Positions 1 to 11,924 of a stretch of 64,000 bases of DNA are shown piece after piece. Numbering within the stretch: the stretch's first letter is position 1; every line of letters starts with the position of its first letter. Below the pieces are notes generated by a model. The model saw nothing but the letters and a program-made list of their open reading frames with translations, had not been told where the DNA came from and did not search any database. A program made the position numbers and the translations under genes. Origin of the DNA: Heterodontus francisci (Eukaryota); assembly GCF_036365525.1 (NCBI RefSeq), contig NC_090404.1, forward strand, positions 11,188,550 through 11,252,549, in the 5' to 3' direction.

Positions 1-309
1 TGAAGGGCCTGTTTCAGTGCTGTATCTCTAAAGACTAAAAAAAAATCAACAAAAATACATTAACAGGAATTGAATCACTTTGATTTCTTTCTGATGTGTC
101 TGTTCATCTAGAATTAATCACACTTTAAGTCTTTTGGTACCTCCTACAGAAGGCGATGAGTTGGGATATCAGCACAAGTTGTTTCTTGATACATTATTGT
201 CACAAACTAACTGATATCGACATTTTCACAGCATGAGCAATGTCAATGTCTGACCAGTGGATGGCAGTGAAAGCCTAATTCTTGACACGAAACAGGCGCT
301 GCCTCACTG

Positions 310-1135
310 CAATGGAACCTCTCTCTGTTTATATGACACTTAGACCCTGTCTCTGTTTTATGTTACATTGAACGCTGTCCCTAATTATATTACACTTGAT
401 CCCGTCTCTGTTTATATTAAAACTAGACTCTATCTCTCGTTATATTGCACTAGACCTTGTCTCTGTGCACCTGCACTCCAAGGACTGCAGCGGTTCAAGG
501 CAGTTCACCACCACCTTCTCAAGGGCAAATACGGATGGGCAATAAATGCTGGACTAGCCAGCGAAGCACACACCCTATGAAAGAATTTTTAAAAAGAACT
601 AGATCCTGTCTCCGTTTATATTATACTCGACCCTGTCACTGTTTATGTTAATCTAGAACCCCTCTCTGTTTATATTACACTGGACCATGTCGCTGTTTAT
701 ATTATACTATGTCCTGTCTCTGTTTATATTACACTAGACTTCATTCTCTTTATATTACACTGGACCCTGTCTCTGATTATACTAAATTAGACGCCATCTC
801 TGTTTATATTGCACGAGAGTCTGTCTCTGTTTATATGCAACTAGACCCCGTCTCTGTTTATATTACACTGGACCATGACTCTGTTTATGTTGCATTGGAA
901 AATATCTCTTTTTATATTACACTGGACCCTATCTCTGTTTATATATAAGTGGAACCTGTCTCTGTTTATATTACAATAGACCCTGTCCCTGTTTATATTG
1001 CCTTTGTTTATTTTTGTCTAGATCATGTCTGTTTGTATTACACTCGACACTGTCACTGTTTGTATTTCACTGGATCGTGTGTCAGTTTATATTAAACTAG
1101 ACCCCATCAGTGTATATATTATACTAGACCCCATC
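310..1135 (+). repeat. 27-bp minisatellite A (consensus ~CTAGACCCTGTCTCTGTTTATATTACA), interrupted by a LINE 3' fragment at ~470-595
   Basis: Tandem 27-nt periodicity; gives the 9-aa LDPVSVYIT pseudo-ORFs in the ORF track. Confidence 0.9.
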
Positions 1136-1137
1136 TC

Positions 1138-2290
1138 ATAAGAACATAAGAAATTAGGTAATAGGAACAGGAGTAGTCCATTCAGCCCATCGAGCCTGTT
1201 GCCCGATACAACTAGATCATAGATGATCTTCTACCTCAATGCCATTTTACCCACACTCTCCCTATATCCCTTGATATCTTTAATATGCTTCAATGAGGTC
1301 ACAGTTTATTCTTCTAAACTCTAGATAATATAGGCCCAGCTTCCTCAATCTCCCCTCATAGGACAACCCCGCAATCCCAGGGATCAGTTTGGTGAACATC
1401 CATTGCACTCCCTCTATGGCAAGTATATCCTTCCTTAGGTAAGGATACCAAAACTATACACAATACTCCAGGTGCGGTCTCACCAAGGCTCTATACAATT
1501 GCAGCAAGACTTCTTTACTCCTGTACTCAAATCCTCTTGCAATACAGGCCACCATATCATTTGCGTTCCTTATTGCTTGCTGCATCTGCCTGTTAGCTTC
1601 CCGTGACTTATGAACAGGTTCCTTTAGACATCAACACTTCCCAATTTCGCATCACTTAAGAAATACTCAGCATTTCTGTTTTCCTACCAAAGTGTATAAT
1701 TAGACATTTTCCACATTATATTCCATCTGCCATGTCTTTGACCACTTACTTTCCCTGTCTAAATCCTTTTGTAGCCTCTTTTCATCCTCCTCACAACTCA
1801 CATTTCCACCTAGTCCCCACTTCCAAATCATTGATATAGATTGCGAGTAGCTGTAGCCCAAGCCCTGATCCACGTGGTGCCCGACTAGTCACAGCTTACC
1901 AAACTGAGGATGACTTGTTTATTCCTACTCTCAGTTTTCTGTCTGTTAACCAATTCTCAATCCATAGCAGTATATTACCCCCAATCTCACGTGCTTTAAT
2001 TTTGTTTACTAACCTCCCGTGTGGGACCTTATCTAAAGCCTTCTGAAAATCCAAATACACCATTTCCACTGGTTCCCCTTATCCATTCTATGAGTTACAT
2101 CCTATAAAACCTGGAACAGATTTTCAAACATGATTTCCCTTTCATAAGTCCCTGTTGACTCTGCCCAGTCCTACTACTATTTCTAAGTTATTGCATCCTG
2201 TCTAATAGATTTAGCAGTTTCCTTACTACTGATGTCAGGTTAACGATCTGAAGTTCCCCATTTTCTCTCTCCCTCCTTTCTTAAATGTTG
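1138..2290 (-). mobile_element. Degenerate CR1 LINE 3' portion
   Basis: Begins with the ATAAGAAC-type tail shared by other CR1 copies in the window; decayed RT-region similarity on the minus strand. Confidence 0.8.
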
Positions 2291-2455
2291 CAATAGATCC
2301 TCTGTCTCTGTTTATATTAAACTTGACCCTGTCACGGTTTATATCTAAATAGAGTCCATCTCTATTTATATTATACGAGATTGCTTCTCTGTTTAGGTTA
2401 AACTAAAACCCGTTTCCGTTTACATTATACTATACACTATCTCTGCTCATATTTA

Positions 2456-2730
2456 GGGCAGCACAGTGGCGCAGTGGTTAGCACCACAGCTCCAGCGACC
2501 CGCGTTCAATTCTGGGTACTGCCTGTGCGGAGTTTGCAAGTTCTCCCTGTGCCTGCGTGGGTTTTCACCGAGTGCTCCGGTTTCCTCCCACAGACTGACA
2601 GGTTGATAGGTAAATTGGCAATTATAAATTGCCCCTAGTACAGGTAGGGGGGAAGGGGTAGGAATATGGGATTAATGGTTGATGGTCGGCACAGACTCGG
2701 TGGGCCGGAGGGCCTGTTTCAGGCATCTCT
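2456..2730 (+). mobile_element. tRNA-derived V-SINE (HE1-like)
   Basis: A-box TGGCGCAGTGG, B-box GTTCAATTC, V-domain (GGAGTTTGCAAGTTCTCCC...GTGCTCCGGTTTCCTCCCACA) and CR1-like 3' tail; bases 1-35 are the tail of another copy. Confidence 0.85.
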
Positions 2731-2734
2731 AAAC

Positions 2735-3050
2735 AAATATCACTCTCGACCCTGACTCAGTGCCTTTTATCTAGGCCCTGTATCAGAAGTTCCTGCACTA
2801 GGCTATGTCTCAGTTTATATTAATCTAGTCCCTACATCAGCAATCACAGCACTAGACCCTGTCTCAGTTTATATCAATCTAGTCCTTGTATCAGTAATCA
2901 CTGGACTTGACCCTGTCTCAGTTTATATTAACCTAGTCCCTGTATCAGTAATTCCTGCACTAGGCCCTGTCTCAGTTTGTACTAATCTGGTCCCAGTATC
3001 AGTACTCACTGCACTCGGCCCTGTCTCAGTTTATTTTATTCCAGGTCCTG
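2735..3050 (+). repeat. 27-bp minisatellite A (variant units)
   Basis: Repeats of CTAG(A/G/T)CCCTGT(A/C)TCAG. Confidence 0.8.
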
Positions 3051-3079
3051 AAGCTTTATTATAATAAAAGTAAAATGCT

Positions 3080-3975
3080 GTAGATGTTCGCTGCTGATTG
3101 CACAATGTTCAGTACCATTCGCAACTCCTCAGATACTGAAGGAGTCCGTGCAGAAATGCAGCAGGACCTGGACAATATCCAGGCTTGGGCTGATAAGTGG
3201 CAAGTAACATTCGCGCACACAAATGCCAAGCAATGACCATCTCCAGCAAGAGAGAATCCAACAATCTCCCATTGACATTCAATGGCATTACGATCGCTGA
3301 ATCCCCTACTATCAACATCGTAGGGATTACCATTGACCGGAAACTGGTCTGGAGTAGTCATATAAATACCGAGGCTACAAGAGCAGGTCAGAGGCTAGGA
3401 ATCCTGCAATGAGTAACTAACCTCCTGACTCCCCAAAGCCCTTTCCACCATCTATAAGGCACAACTCAGGAGTGTGACGGAATACTCTCCATTTTCCTGG
3501 ATGTGTGCAGCTCCAACAGCACTCAAGAAGCTCTACACCATCAAGGACAAAGCAGCCCGCTTGATTGGTACCCCATCCACAAGCATTCACTCCCTCCACC
3601 ACCGACGAACAGTGGCAGCAGTGTATACCATCTACAAGATACACTGCAGTAACTCACCAAGGCTCCTTAAACAGTACCATCCAAACCTGCGACCTCTGCC
3701 AACTAGAAGGACAAGGGCAGCAAATGCATGGGAACACCACCACCTTCATCCTCCCCTCTAAGTCATGCACCATCCTGACTTGGAACTATATCACCGTTCT
3801 TTCGCTGTCGCTGGGTCAAAATCCAGGAACTCCCTCCCTAACAACACTATAGGTGTTCCTACCTTATATGGACTGCAGCGCTTCAAGAAGGCAGCTCACC
3901 ACCACCTTCTCAAGGACAATTATGGAAGAGCAATAAATGCTGGCCTAGCCAGCGATGCCTACATTCCATGAATGA
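3080..3975 (+). mobile_element. CR1/L2-group LINE 3' fragment (family ending ...HHHLL..AINAGLASDAHIP)
   Basis: Frameshifted RT C-terminal peptides, highly similar to the minus-strand copy at 9870-11508. Confidence 0.85.
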
Positions 3976-4619
3976 AAAGAAAATGCTGGAAATCTGAAAT
4001 AATAGTAAGAAATGCTGGAAATACTCTGCAGGCCTGGCAGCATTTGTGGAGAGAGAAGCAGAGTTAACTTTTCAGGTCAGTGACCCTTCATAATTCTATT
4101 TTCTTCGCTTTCCCCTGTCTCAGTTATTGCTATTGCTAGTTATTAGTAGCCGGTGTTTCTGTTACCATAAAATTTACCATTTCTGTTTATATTACTCTCG
4201 ACCATGTCTCTGTTTATAATACGCTCGGCCCTCGCTCACTTCATATTGACATGACCATGTTTCATTTTCTATTCCCCTAGGCCACCCCGAATCCTAGTTT
4301 ATACTACACTGGCACATGTTTAGATTAATACTGGATGAGACCATGTCTCTATTTATTTTGCATTTGGAATTGTCTCAGTTATTACTGCACAAGGCCCAGT
4401 CTCAAATCATATTACACGCGGCCCTGCGTCAGTCAAGAGTGCACGCTATCCTGTCTCTTTTTATATTACACTAGGTATTATCTTCTTCATTGTTGCACTG
4501 TAAAACATCTTTTAGAGAGAGAGAGAGATAGATAGATAGATAGACAGACAGAAAAATAGCTAGATAGACAGATAGTGACAGTCATACATATTAATAAAAT
4601 AATGATATACATTTGTGTG

Positions 4620-5077
4620 ACGATTTAATCGTCTGTGGCTGGGAGAATACGTTCAGTCTTGTGAATAGCTATCAGCAGCTATGTGCAATTTCTAATTGCT
4701 CTGGTATTATGTGGGCAATATTTGTGTTAAAAGGATCGGGCGAATCTTGTAACAATCTCCCAGAGATGAGCTGGGATTGAGGGACAGGACTAAAGGTGAG
4801 AAATGGTGTACTGCATTTTACACTACTTAGTGACAAACTCTGTCGTGTTAAAGTTTACTAATTCATGTTTGTGTTGCACTGTGTCCATTGCTGACAGTTT
4901 TTTCAATGCTAAGGATTGTTTTATAGTGTGCCAGATTTTCTATTTAACTTTCACCTGACCCATTGATTGTGTTGGACAGAATCTAGAACCGTGTCCTCAC
5001 AGCACCACCAGATGATGTGCATTTGGGTCCTAATGTCCACCCGATTATACACCTCTCAACTCGGTACGTGGTGCAAC
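4620..5077 (+). repeat. ~460-bp locally repeated non-coding module, copy 1 (runs into N gap 5078-5225)
   Basis: Homologous to a minus-strand copy (11690-11509 plus 9860-9620, split by a LINE) and to partial copies at 23570-23790 and 24500-24730. Confidence 0.8.
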
Positions 5078-5225
5078 NNNNNNNNNNNNNNNNNNNNNNN
5101 NNNNNNNNNNNNNNNNNNNNNNNNNNNNNNNNNNNNNNNNNNNNNNNNNNNNNNNNNNNNNNNNNNNNNNNNNNNNNNNNNNNNNNNNNNNNNNNNNNNN
5201 NNNNNNNNNNNNNNNNNNNNNNNNN

Positions 5226-5790
5226 GCGATGTCTCAATTCATTCCATTTTCGCTGCCTCCGGAGAATCCTTGGCATCAGGTGGCAGAAGTCCTCGAGGAG
5301 GCAAACATCCCCAGCATATACACCCTACTGAGCCAGCGGCGCTTGAGATGGCTTGGCCATGGTAGCCGCATGGAAGATGGCAGGATCCCCAAAGACACAT
5401 TGTACAGCGAGCTCGTCACTGGTATCAGACCCACCGGCCGTCCATGTCTCCGCTTTAAAGACATCTGCAAACACGACATGAAGTCCTGTGACATTGATCA
5501 CAAGTTGTGGGAGTCAATTACTAGCGATCGCCAGAGCTGGCGGGCAGCCATAAAGGCGGGGCTAAAGTGTGGCGAATCGAAGAGACTTAGCAGTTGGCAG
5601 GAAAAAAGACAGAAGGGCAAGGGGAGAGCCAACTGTGTAACAACCCCGACAACCAATTTTATCTGCAGCACCTGTGGAAGAGTCTGTCACTCTAGAATTG
5701 GCCTTAATAGCCACTCCAGGCGCTGCTTCACAATCCACTGACCACCTCCAGGCGCTTACCCATTGTCTCTCGAGACAAGGAGGCCAAAGA
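5226..5790 (+). mobile_element. RTE-clade LINE 3' end
   Basis: Peptide RRLRWLGH..RMEDGRIPKDTLYSEL..G.RPTGRP.LRFKD plus C-terminal CxxC..H motif; AAG-repeat tail. Confidence 0.85.
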
Positions 5791-6489
5791 AGAAGAACAA
5801 AAAGAAGTGGTGGGTGGATGGGAGGGGGGCGGGGGGGATGGGGCGGTGGGGGGGGGATGTTGTGGGTGGGTTGGCTGTGTGTGGGTGGCTCTGTGTGAGG
5901 TATATGTTTGTGTATAGTGTGCATACGTCGTGTGTCTGTTTGTTTGTGGGTACAGCGTGCCGAGAACGCATAACTCTGAATGCTTGCAATGCATTGCACC
6001 AAGATAAGTGATTATGTCAACCAAGTGTTTTTCAGCATTTTATTCAATTTCGAATGATTCAAAATGTAATAACATTGCAAATCGTTTAATAACAATAAAA
6101 ATTATTCACAACCCATTCTGTTGTGTGCTTTGTTTAGAAAGTGATCTCATACTGACCATTCCGTTTCCAAGGCAAGCACATCTGTCACCGAACTCACTGT
6201 ACTCTCTCCTCCTCTCTCAGACTGACACCAACTAACTTAAAATCTCCTAGTTTCTAATTCTCTTTGGGGAAAAATCATTCGGTTAATTTTCCCTCATTTC
6301 TCCCAATGATAATCCTCAGTTCATCGCCCACTTCAGTGAATATTAAAGCCCAAATAAGTGTATGTTCTTCATTCTTTAAAATGAGAATGGAGGTGAATAC
6401 GATGGAGGGACCAGAAGCAATCTGTGTGCTGCTTCTTGATGCTGTCAGAGTGAATCCACCCTCACAGGCAGGAAGACTGCTCATGGTGA

Positions 6490-6750
6490 TAACATGAAAC
6501 TGACACCTGCTATTTCATTCTCAGACAACACAACTTCCTGTTTCTCTGCTGTCGGTTCCAAACCGCACATCTAATTTCTGAGCAGAAAATAAATCCAGGG
6601 GCCACAATCTGATGGAAACATCTGCCAATGTGGCCTATATCTGTCCACAGAGTCGGTGCAGAGTCACACAGATCACATTGTGGTGACATTTACAAATGAA
6701 CCTGTTCCTTGTCTGCATTCTCGGTCATAACTGGCGGTGTTTGTGAATCA
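6490..6750. promoter_or_regulatory. Candidate lymphoid enhancer (E-box/ETS/RUNX/MYB motif cluster)
   Basis: CACCTG 6504, ACTTCCTG 6533, AACCGCA 6561, GCCACA 6601, CATCTG 6619, TGTGGC 6629, TGTGGT 6679, TAACTG 6728, all in unique sequence; motif evidence only. Confidence 0.35.
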
Positions 6751-7529
6751 GTCACTGAGCTCCCACTGCTCTCTGAAGCCGGGAGCTGGTAGTTTGCTCC
6801 CTTTCATTTTGTATCATTCTCAATGTGTGTTCCTTGTTCCCTCTATTACTCATTCGTTATCACTCACCTCCTCGTGTTTCTGCCTTTTTGTTGAAGCCTC
6901 TCACAGTATTTTCTTTCTGTCTTTCGCTCTCTCTCTTATTCTCTCGCATCTTTTTCCAAATGTGTGTTCCTATTCCTTGAGGTGTTAAAATAATGAGGGG
7001 TTTTTGATAGATTATGTAAGGAGAAACAAGGGTTCTCCTCCTTATAGCCGGGAAGGTTAAGGGGAGATTTAATAGAAGTGTGCAAAGTTCGGAAGGAGTT
7101 TTGATAGAATAGATAGGGAGAAACCGTTTTCAATAGCAGGAGGGCTTGTAACCAGAGGGCACAGAGATTTAAGATATTTGGAAACAGAACCAGAGGAAGA
7201 GATGAGGAGAATTTAGTTTTTATACAGTGATTTACTGTGATCTGGAATGCACACCCTGAAAGGGTGCTGGAAGCAAATTGAACAGTAACTTTCAAAGGCA
7301 ACTGGATAAATAGCTGAAGGGGAGCAAAGTGGCAGCGTTATGGGGAATGGAACTAATTGAACAGCTCACTCACTTTTGCAGTGCTCTGAATTTTCCTTTG
7401 GTGAGGTTTTGAAGTTTGATTTTTTTTGGTCATCATGAACCTTCAACAGAAGGTTTAGAACATTGGTTTCTAAAAACTGTCAGCTCCACCCCTATGTTTC
7501 TGTGTAACACGGGGACTGCAATAAAGAAA

Positions 7530-7992
7530 AGGAAAGACTTGCATTTATATAGCGCTCTTCACGACCACCGGACATCTCAAAGCTCTTTCTCGCCAATGAA
7601 GTACCTTTGAAGTGCAGTCACTGTTGTAATGTAAGAAACACAGCAGCCAATTTGCAAACGACAAACTCCTCCAAACAGCAATGTGGTAATGACCAGATAA
7701 TCTGTTATTGTGATGTTGATTGAGGGATAAATATTGGCCAAGACACCGGTGATAGCTCCCTTGCTCTTCCTCCAGATGGCACCATGGGAACTTTTACATC
7801 CACCCGAGCAAGCAGACGGGGCCTCGGTTAAGCATCTCATCTGAAAGACAGCACCTCCGGCAATGCAGCACTCCCTCACGCCTGCACTACAGTGTCAGCC
7901 TTGATTTTTGTGCTCAAGCCCTGGAGTGGGTTTTGAACCCAGAAGCTTGTGACTCAGAGGTGAGAGTGTTACCAACTAACGCCCAGCTGACA
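7530..7992 (-). mobile_element. tRNA-headed DeuSINE (SacSINE1-like)
   Basis: tRNA-like head at ~7920-7990 (minus strand), central Deu-like domain and GCGCTATATAAATGCAAG-type 3' end. Confidence 0.75.
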
Positions 7993-8739
7993 GCTGCAGA
8001 AGGATGCGAAGGAGCAGATTATTTTCGGTTCCTCTGAGCGATACACCATTGTCATCTCAGATATCAGAAAACTGTGGAGCCCACCGTGTCCTCATGGTCA
8101 CCCTCTATTGTGTATCAGCTCTTAGTCAGGTGGAATCAGTCCCACGTGCCTCTGTCGTGATGTTTCCATTCGCATTTTATCACACAAATCCCTGTGTCAT
8201 TCACCATAACACAGAAGCCTGCACTAGGCCCAAAACATCATTGCTTCCCTGCACCTTGCCTTCCTATTCCAGCCTGGTGTTTAATAGGCCCCTGCCTCCC
8301 TCAATGTAAGACTACCTGCAGTAAAAGCAGCCTCTGTTATTGATACACTGGAGCCGGCCTCTGTGATTATTATTATACCAGGTCACAGTCTGCCCCGGGC
8401 CCTGCAGTTGTAGCTGCCTTCACAAATCCAAAGGCAAAGAGGTTGCGTTTTTAGGAGTGGGCGGGCACGTCAAACCTGCAGTGATGCCCCAGGAACCCCT
8501 GCCTTGCTGGTTGGAGAAACTATCCAGAGTTGCTCCGTCCGCCATTTTTTTCACTGCTTCTGAGTCTAAGAAAATAGTGGACAAAAGCACAGAAAGCCTT
8601 GTATTTAAACAGCAGTGGGAGCAGCAGGCTAGATTAAGTGGTCGAGTCTCTGGAGTGGGGCTTGAACCCACAACCATCTGACTCAGGGGTTAAAGTGTCA
8701 TCAATTATTTAATGCAGATATGGTCAATCTTCAGTTCCC

Positions 8740-9390
8740 ATTACACTAGACCATGCCTGTGTTCTTACACTAAGTCCATCTCATTCAGACGGCAGTGGTC
8801 ATTGACTCTGTTATTAGGCATTTGGCAAAGAATTTTCTATTATATCTATAGGTTCTCACTCACACACACTATGATCTGAGACCAAAAGTTTGATTTTGGT
8901 GCACTAGATACTGACTCTGTTATCATCACACTGGATCAACTGATGTGCTCATGAATACACTGCATCCTGCCTGTATATCAAATACTGTCTTTGTTACGCT
9001 CAAAGTAAGCCACGTCTTTGTTGTTATACTCTGGGTCCTGCCTCCACTCTTCCTGTATTCGAACATGTCACTGTAATTGTTACACTGAGACCCTGCCATT
9101 GTTAATGTTAGAAAAATAATCTGCCTGTTATTCCGATTCGAGTGCCCGCCTCTATTATTACTGCTGGAAACTTTGTCTCTGTCAGATTTCAATAAGAACC
9201 TATTTCTGGTATTGTTAAAGTTGACCCTGCTTCTGTTAACCTTACACTATGACGTCTTTCAGTTATTATTGTACAAAGTATTGTTTCAGTTATTATCACA
9301 TAAAGACATGTTTCTTCGAGTTTGACTTTAGGTCCTGTCTCCTTGTTATTATTGCACTTGCCCATATCTCTTTTTATATTACACGGTATT
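8740..9390 (+). repeat. Highly degenerate 27-bp minisatellite A
   Basis: Residual CACTAGAC/CTCTGTTATT periodicity. Confidence 0.6.
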
Positions 9391-9869
9391 AAAAATCTGC
9401 AGTTACAGTTTGAATAAAAGGAAATAAAATGCAGAACAAAATCTGGTCAAGTAGGTTCTATATCTTTGTGGAACGACCTTGAAATCATNNNNNNNNNNNN
9501 NNNNNNNNNNNNNNNNNNNNNNNNNNNNNNNNNNNNNNNNNNNNNNNNNNNNNNNNNNNNNNNNNNNNNNNNNNNNNNNNNNNNNNNNNNNNNNNNNNNN
9601 NNNNNNNNNNNNNNNNCTCATTTCAGTTTTTCCTTTTGATCAGATGAGGTTTTATTTTTGGACATTAGGACCCTGCGGCAGCCCTTTGGCCGGTACAGCG
9701 ACGTCACTGTTCCAGGCTGTTTCGCGCACAATCACTCGGTCAGGTGAAAACTAAATTGAAAACCCTGCAAGGCAAAAACATCCTTAACATTAAAAACTAA
9801 GCAATTGTCACAGTACAACACAAGTACGAACTAGTAATCTTTAACACAACAGAGTGTTTTTTTTTTATT

Positions 9870-11508
9870 CATTCACGGGATGTGGGCGTCGCTGGCCAGG
9901 CCAGCATTTATTGCCCATCCCGAATTGCCATTGAGAAGGTGGTGGTGAGCTGCCTTCTTGAACCGCTGCAGTCCATGTGGGGTAGGTACACCCACAGTGC
10001 TGTTAGGAAGGGAGTTCCAGGATTTTGACCCAGCGACAGTGAAGGAACGGCGATATAGTTCCAAGTCAGGGTGGTGTGTGACTTGGAGGGTAACTGGCAG
10101 GTGGTGGTTTTCCCATGTATTTGCTGACCTTGTCCTTCTAGTTGGTAGAGGTCGCGGGTTTGGAAGGTGCTGTCGAAGGAGCCTTGGTGGATTGCTGCAG
10201 TGCATCTTGTAGATGGTACATACTGCTGCCACTGTGCGTCGGTGGTGGAGGGAGTGAATGTCCTGGATGGTATCGAGCTTCTTGATTGTTGTTGGAGCTG
10301 CACCCATCCAAGCAAGTGGAAAGTATTCCATCACACTCCTGACTTGTACTTTGGAGATGGTGGACAGGCTTTGGGGAGTCCGGAGGTGAGTTACTCGCCT
10401 CAGGATTCCTAGCCTCTGACTTGCTCTTGTAGCCACGGTATTTATATGGCTACTCCAGTTCAGTTTTCGGTCAATGGTAGCCCCTAGGATGTTGATAGTG
10501 GGGGATTCAGCGATGGTAATGCCGTTGAATGTCAAGGGGAGATGGTTAGATTCTCTTTTGTTGGAGATGGTCATTGCCTGGCACTTGTGTGGCACGAATG
10601 TTACTTGCCACTTATCAGCCCAAGCCTGGATATTGTCCAGGTCTTGCTGCATTTCTACACGGACTGCTTCAGTATCTGAGGAGTTGCGAATGGTGCTGAA
10701 CATTGTGCAATCATCAGCGAACATCCCCACTTCTGACCTTATGATTGAAGGAAGGTCATTGATGAAGCAGCTGAAGATGGTTGGGCCTAGGACACTACCC
10801 TGAGGTACTCCTGCAGTGATGTCCTGGAGCTCAGGTGATTGACCTCCAACAACCACAACCATCTTCCTTTGCGCTAGGTATGACTCCAGCCAGCGGAGGG
10901 TTTTCCCCCTGATTCCCATTGACCTCAGTTTTGCTAGGGCTCCTTGATGCCATACTCGGTCAAATGCTGCCTTGATGTCAAGGGCAGTCACTCTTACCTC
11001 ACCTCTTGAGTTCAGCTCTTTTGTCCATGTTTGAACCAAGGCTGTAGTGAGGTCAGGAGCTGAGTGGCCCGGGCGGAACCCAAACTGAGCATCACTGAGC
11101 AGGTTATTGCCAAGAAAGTACCACTTGATGGCACTGCTGATGACACCTTCCATCACTTTACTGATGATTGAGAGTAGGCTAATTGGGCGTTAGTTGGCCG
11201 GGTTGGATTTGTCCTGCTTTTTGTGTACAGGACATACCTGGGCAATTTTCCACATTGCAGGTTAGATGCCAGTGTTGTAGCTGTACTGGAACAGCTTGGC
11301 TAGGGGCGCGGCAAGTTCTGGAGCACAGGTCTTTAGTACTATTGCCGGAATATTGTCAGGGCCCATAGCTTTTGCAGTATCCAGTGCCTTCAGTCGTTTC
11401 TTGATATCACGTGGAGTGAATCGAATTGGCTGAAGTTTGGCATCTGTGATGCTGGGGACTTCAGGAGGAGGCCGAGATGGATCATCCACTCGGCACTTCT
11501 GGCTGAAG
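9870..11508 (-). mobile_element. CR1/L2-group LINE, 5'-truncated, with 427-aa RT ORF (9873-11156)
   Basis: Motifs QFGFR, LDIKAAFDRV, GVPQGSVLGP, FADD; inserted into the local module. Confidence 0.92.
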
Positions 11509-11924
11509 TGTCACCAAGTAGTGTGAAGTGCTTTAGTCTTGTCCCTCAATCCCAGTCCATCTCTGGGAGATTGTTACAAGATTCACCTCATCCGTTCAAC
11601 ACAAATATTGCCCGCATTATACCAGAGCAATTAGAAATTTCACACAGCTACTGATCGCTAATAACCGGATTAAACGTATTCATCGATGCAGAAATTGATT
11701 ATAAAACGAGGTAGAAATTGCTGTCAGGCAATGCACAGAACGGACAGCATTGGATTGACTGCGGTATAGGTAGCGCCTAATATTTAATTCTGTTGATTGT
11801 AATGAAACTGAATATCAGGTGCTGCATAAAACGGGCTCACGAGCCAATAGCGCCCGTTTTGGGCCGTCACCCGAAACCAATTTCCAGTCGAACAGCTTTA
11901 TTTATAATAATATATCTTCATCTC

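Noticed and set aside
2456-2520. tRNA gene (also ~7920-7990 and 8640-8700)
   Set aside because: These are tRNA-derived SINE heads, not complete cloverleaves
4980-5077. GPNVHPIIHLS peptide next to the gap as the start of a Cmu2-like exon
   Set aside because: Paralogous module copies (9620-9720 minus; 24630-24730) have stops in this frame; the similarity is too short
9648-9716. J-segment-like FG...VTV with an upstream nonamer-like sequence
   Set aside because: No valid heptamer, FGxG frame or donor; it is the reverse strand of the repeated module
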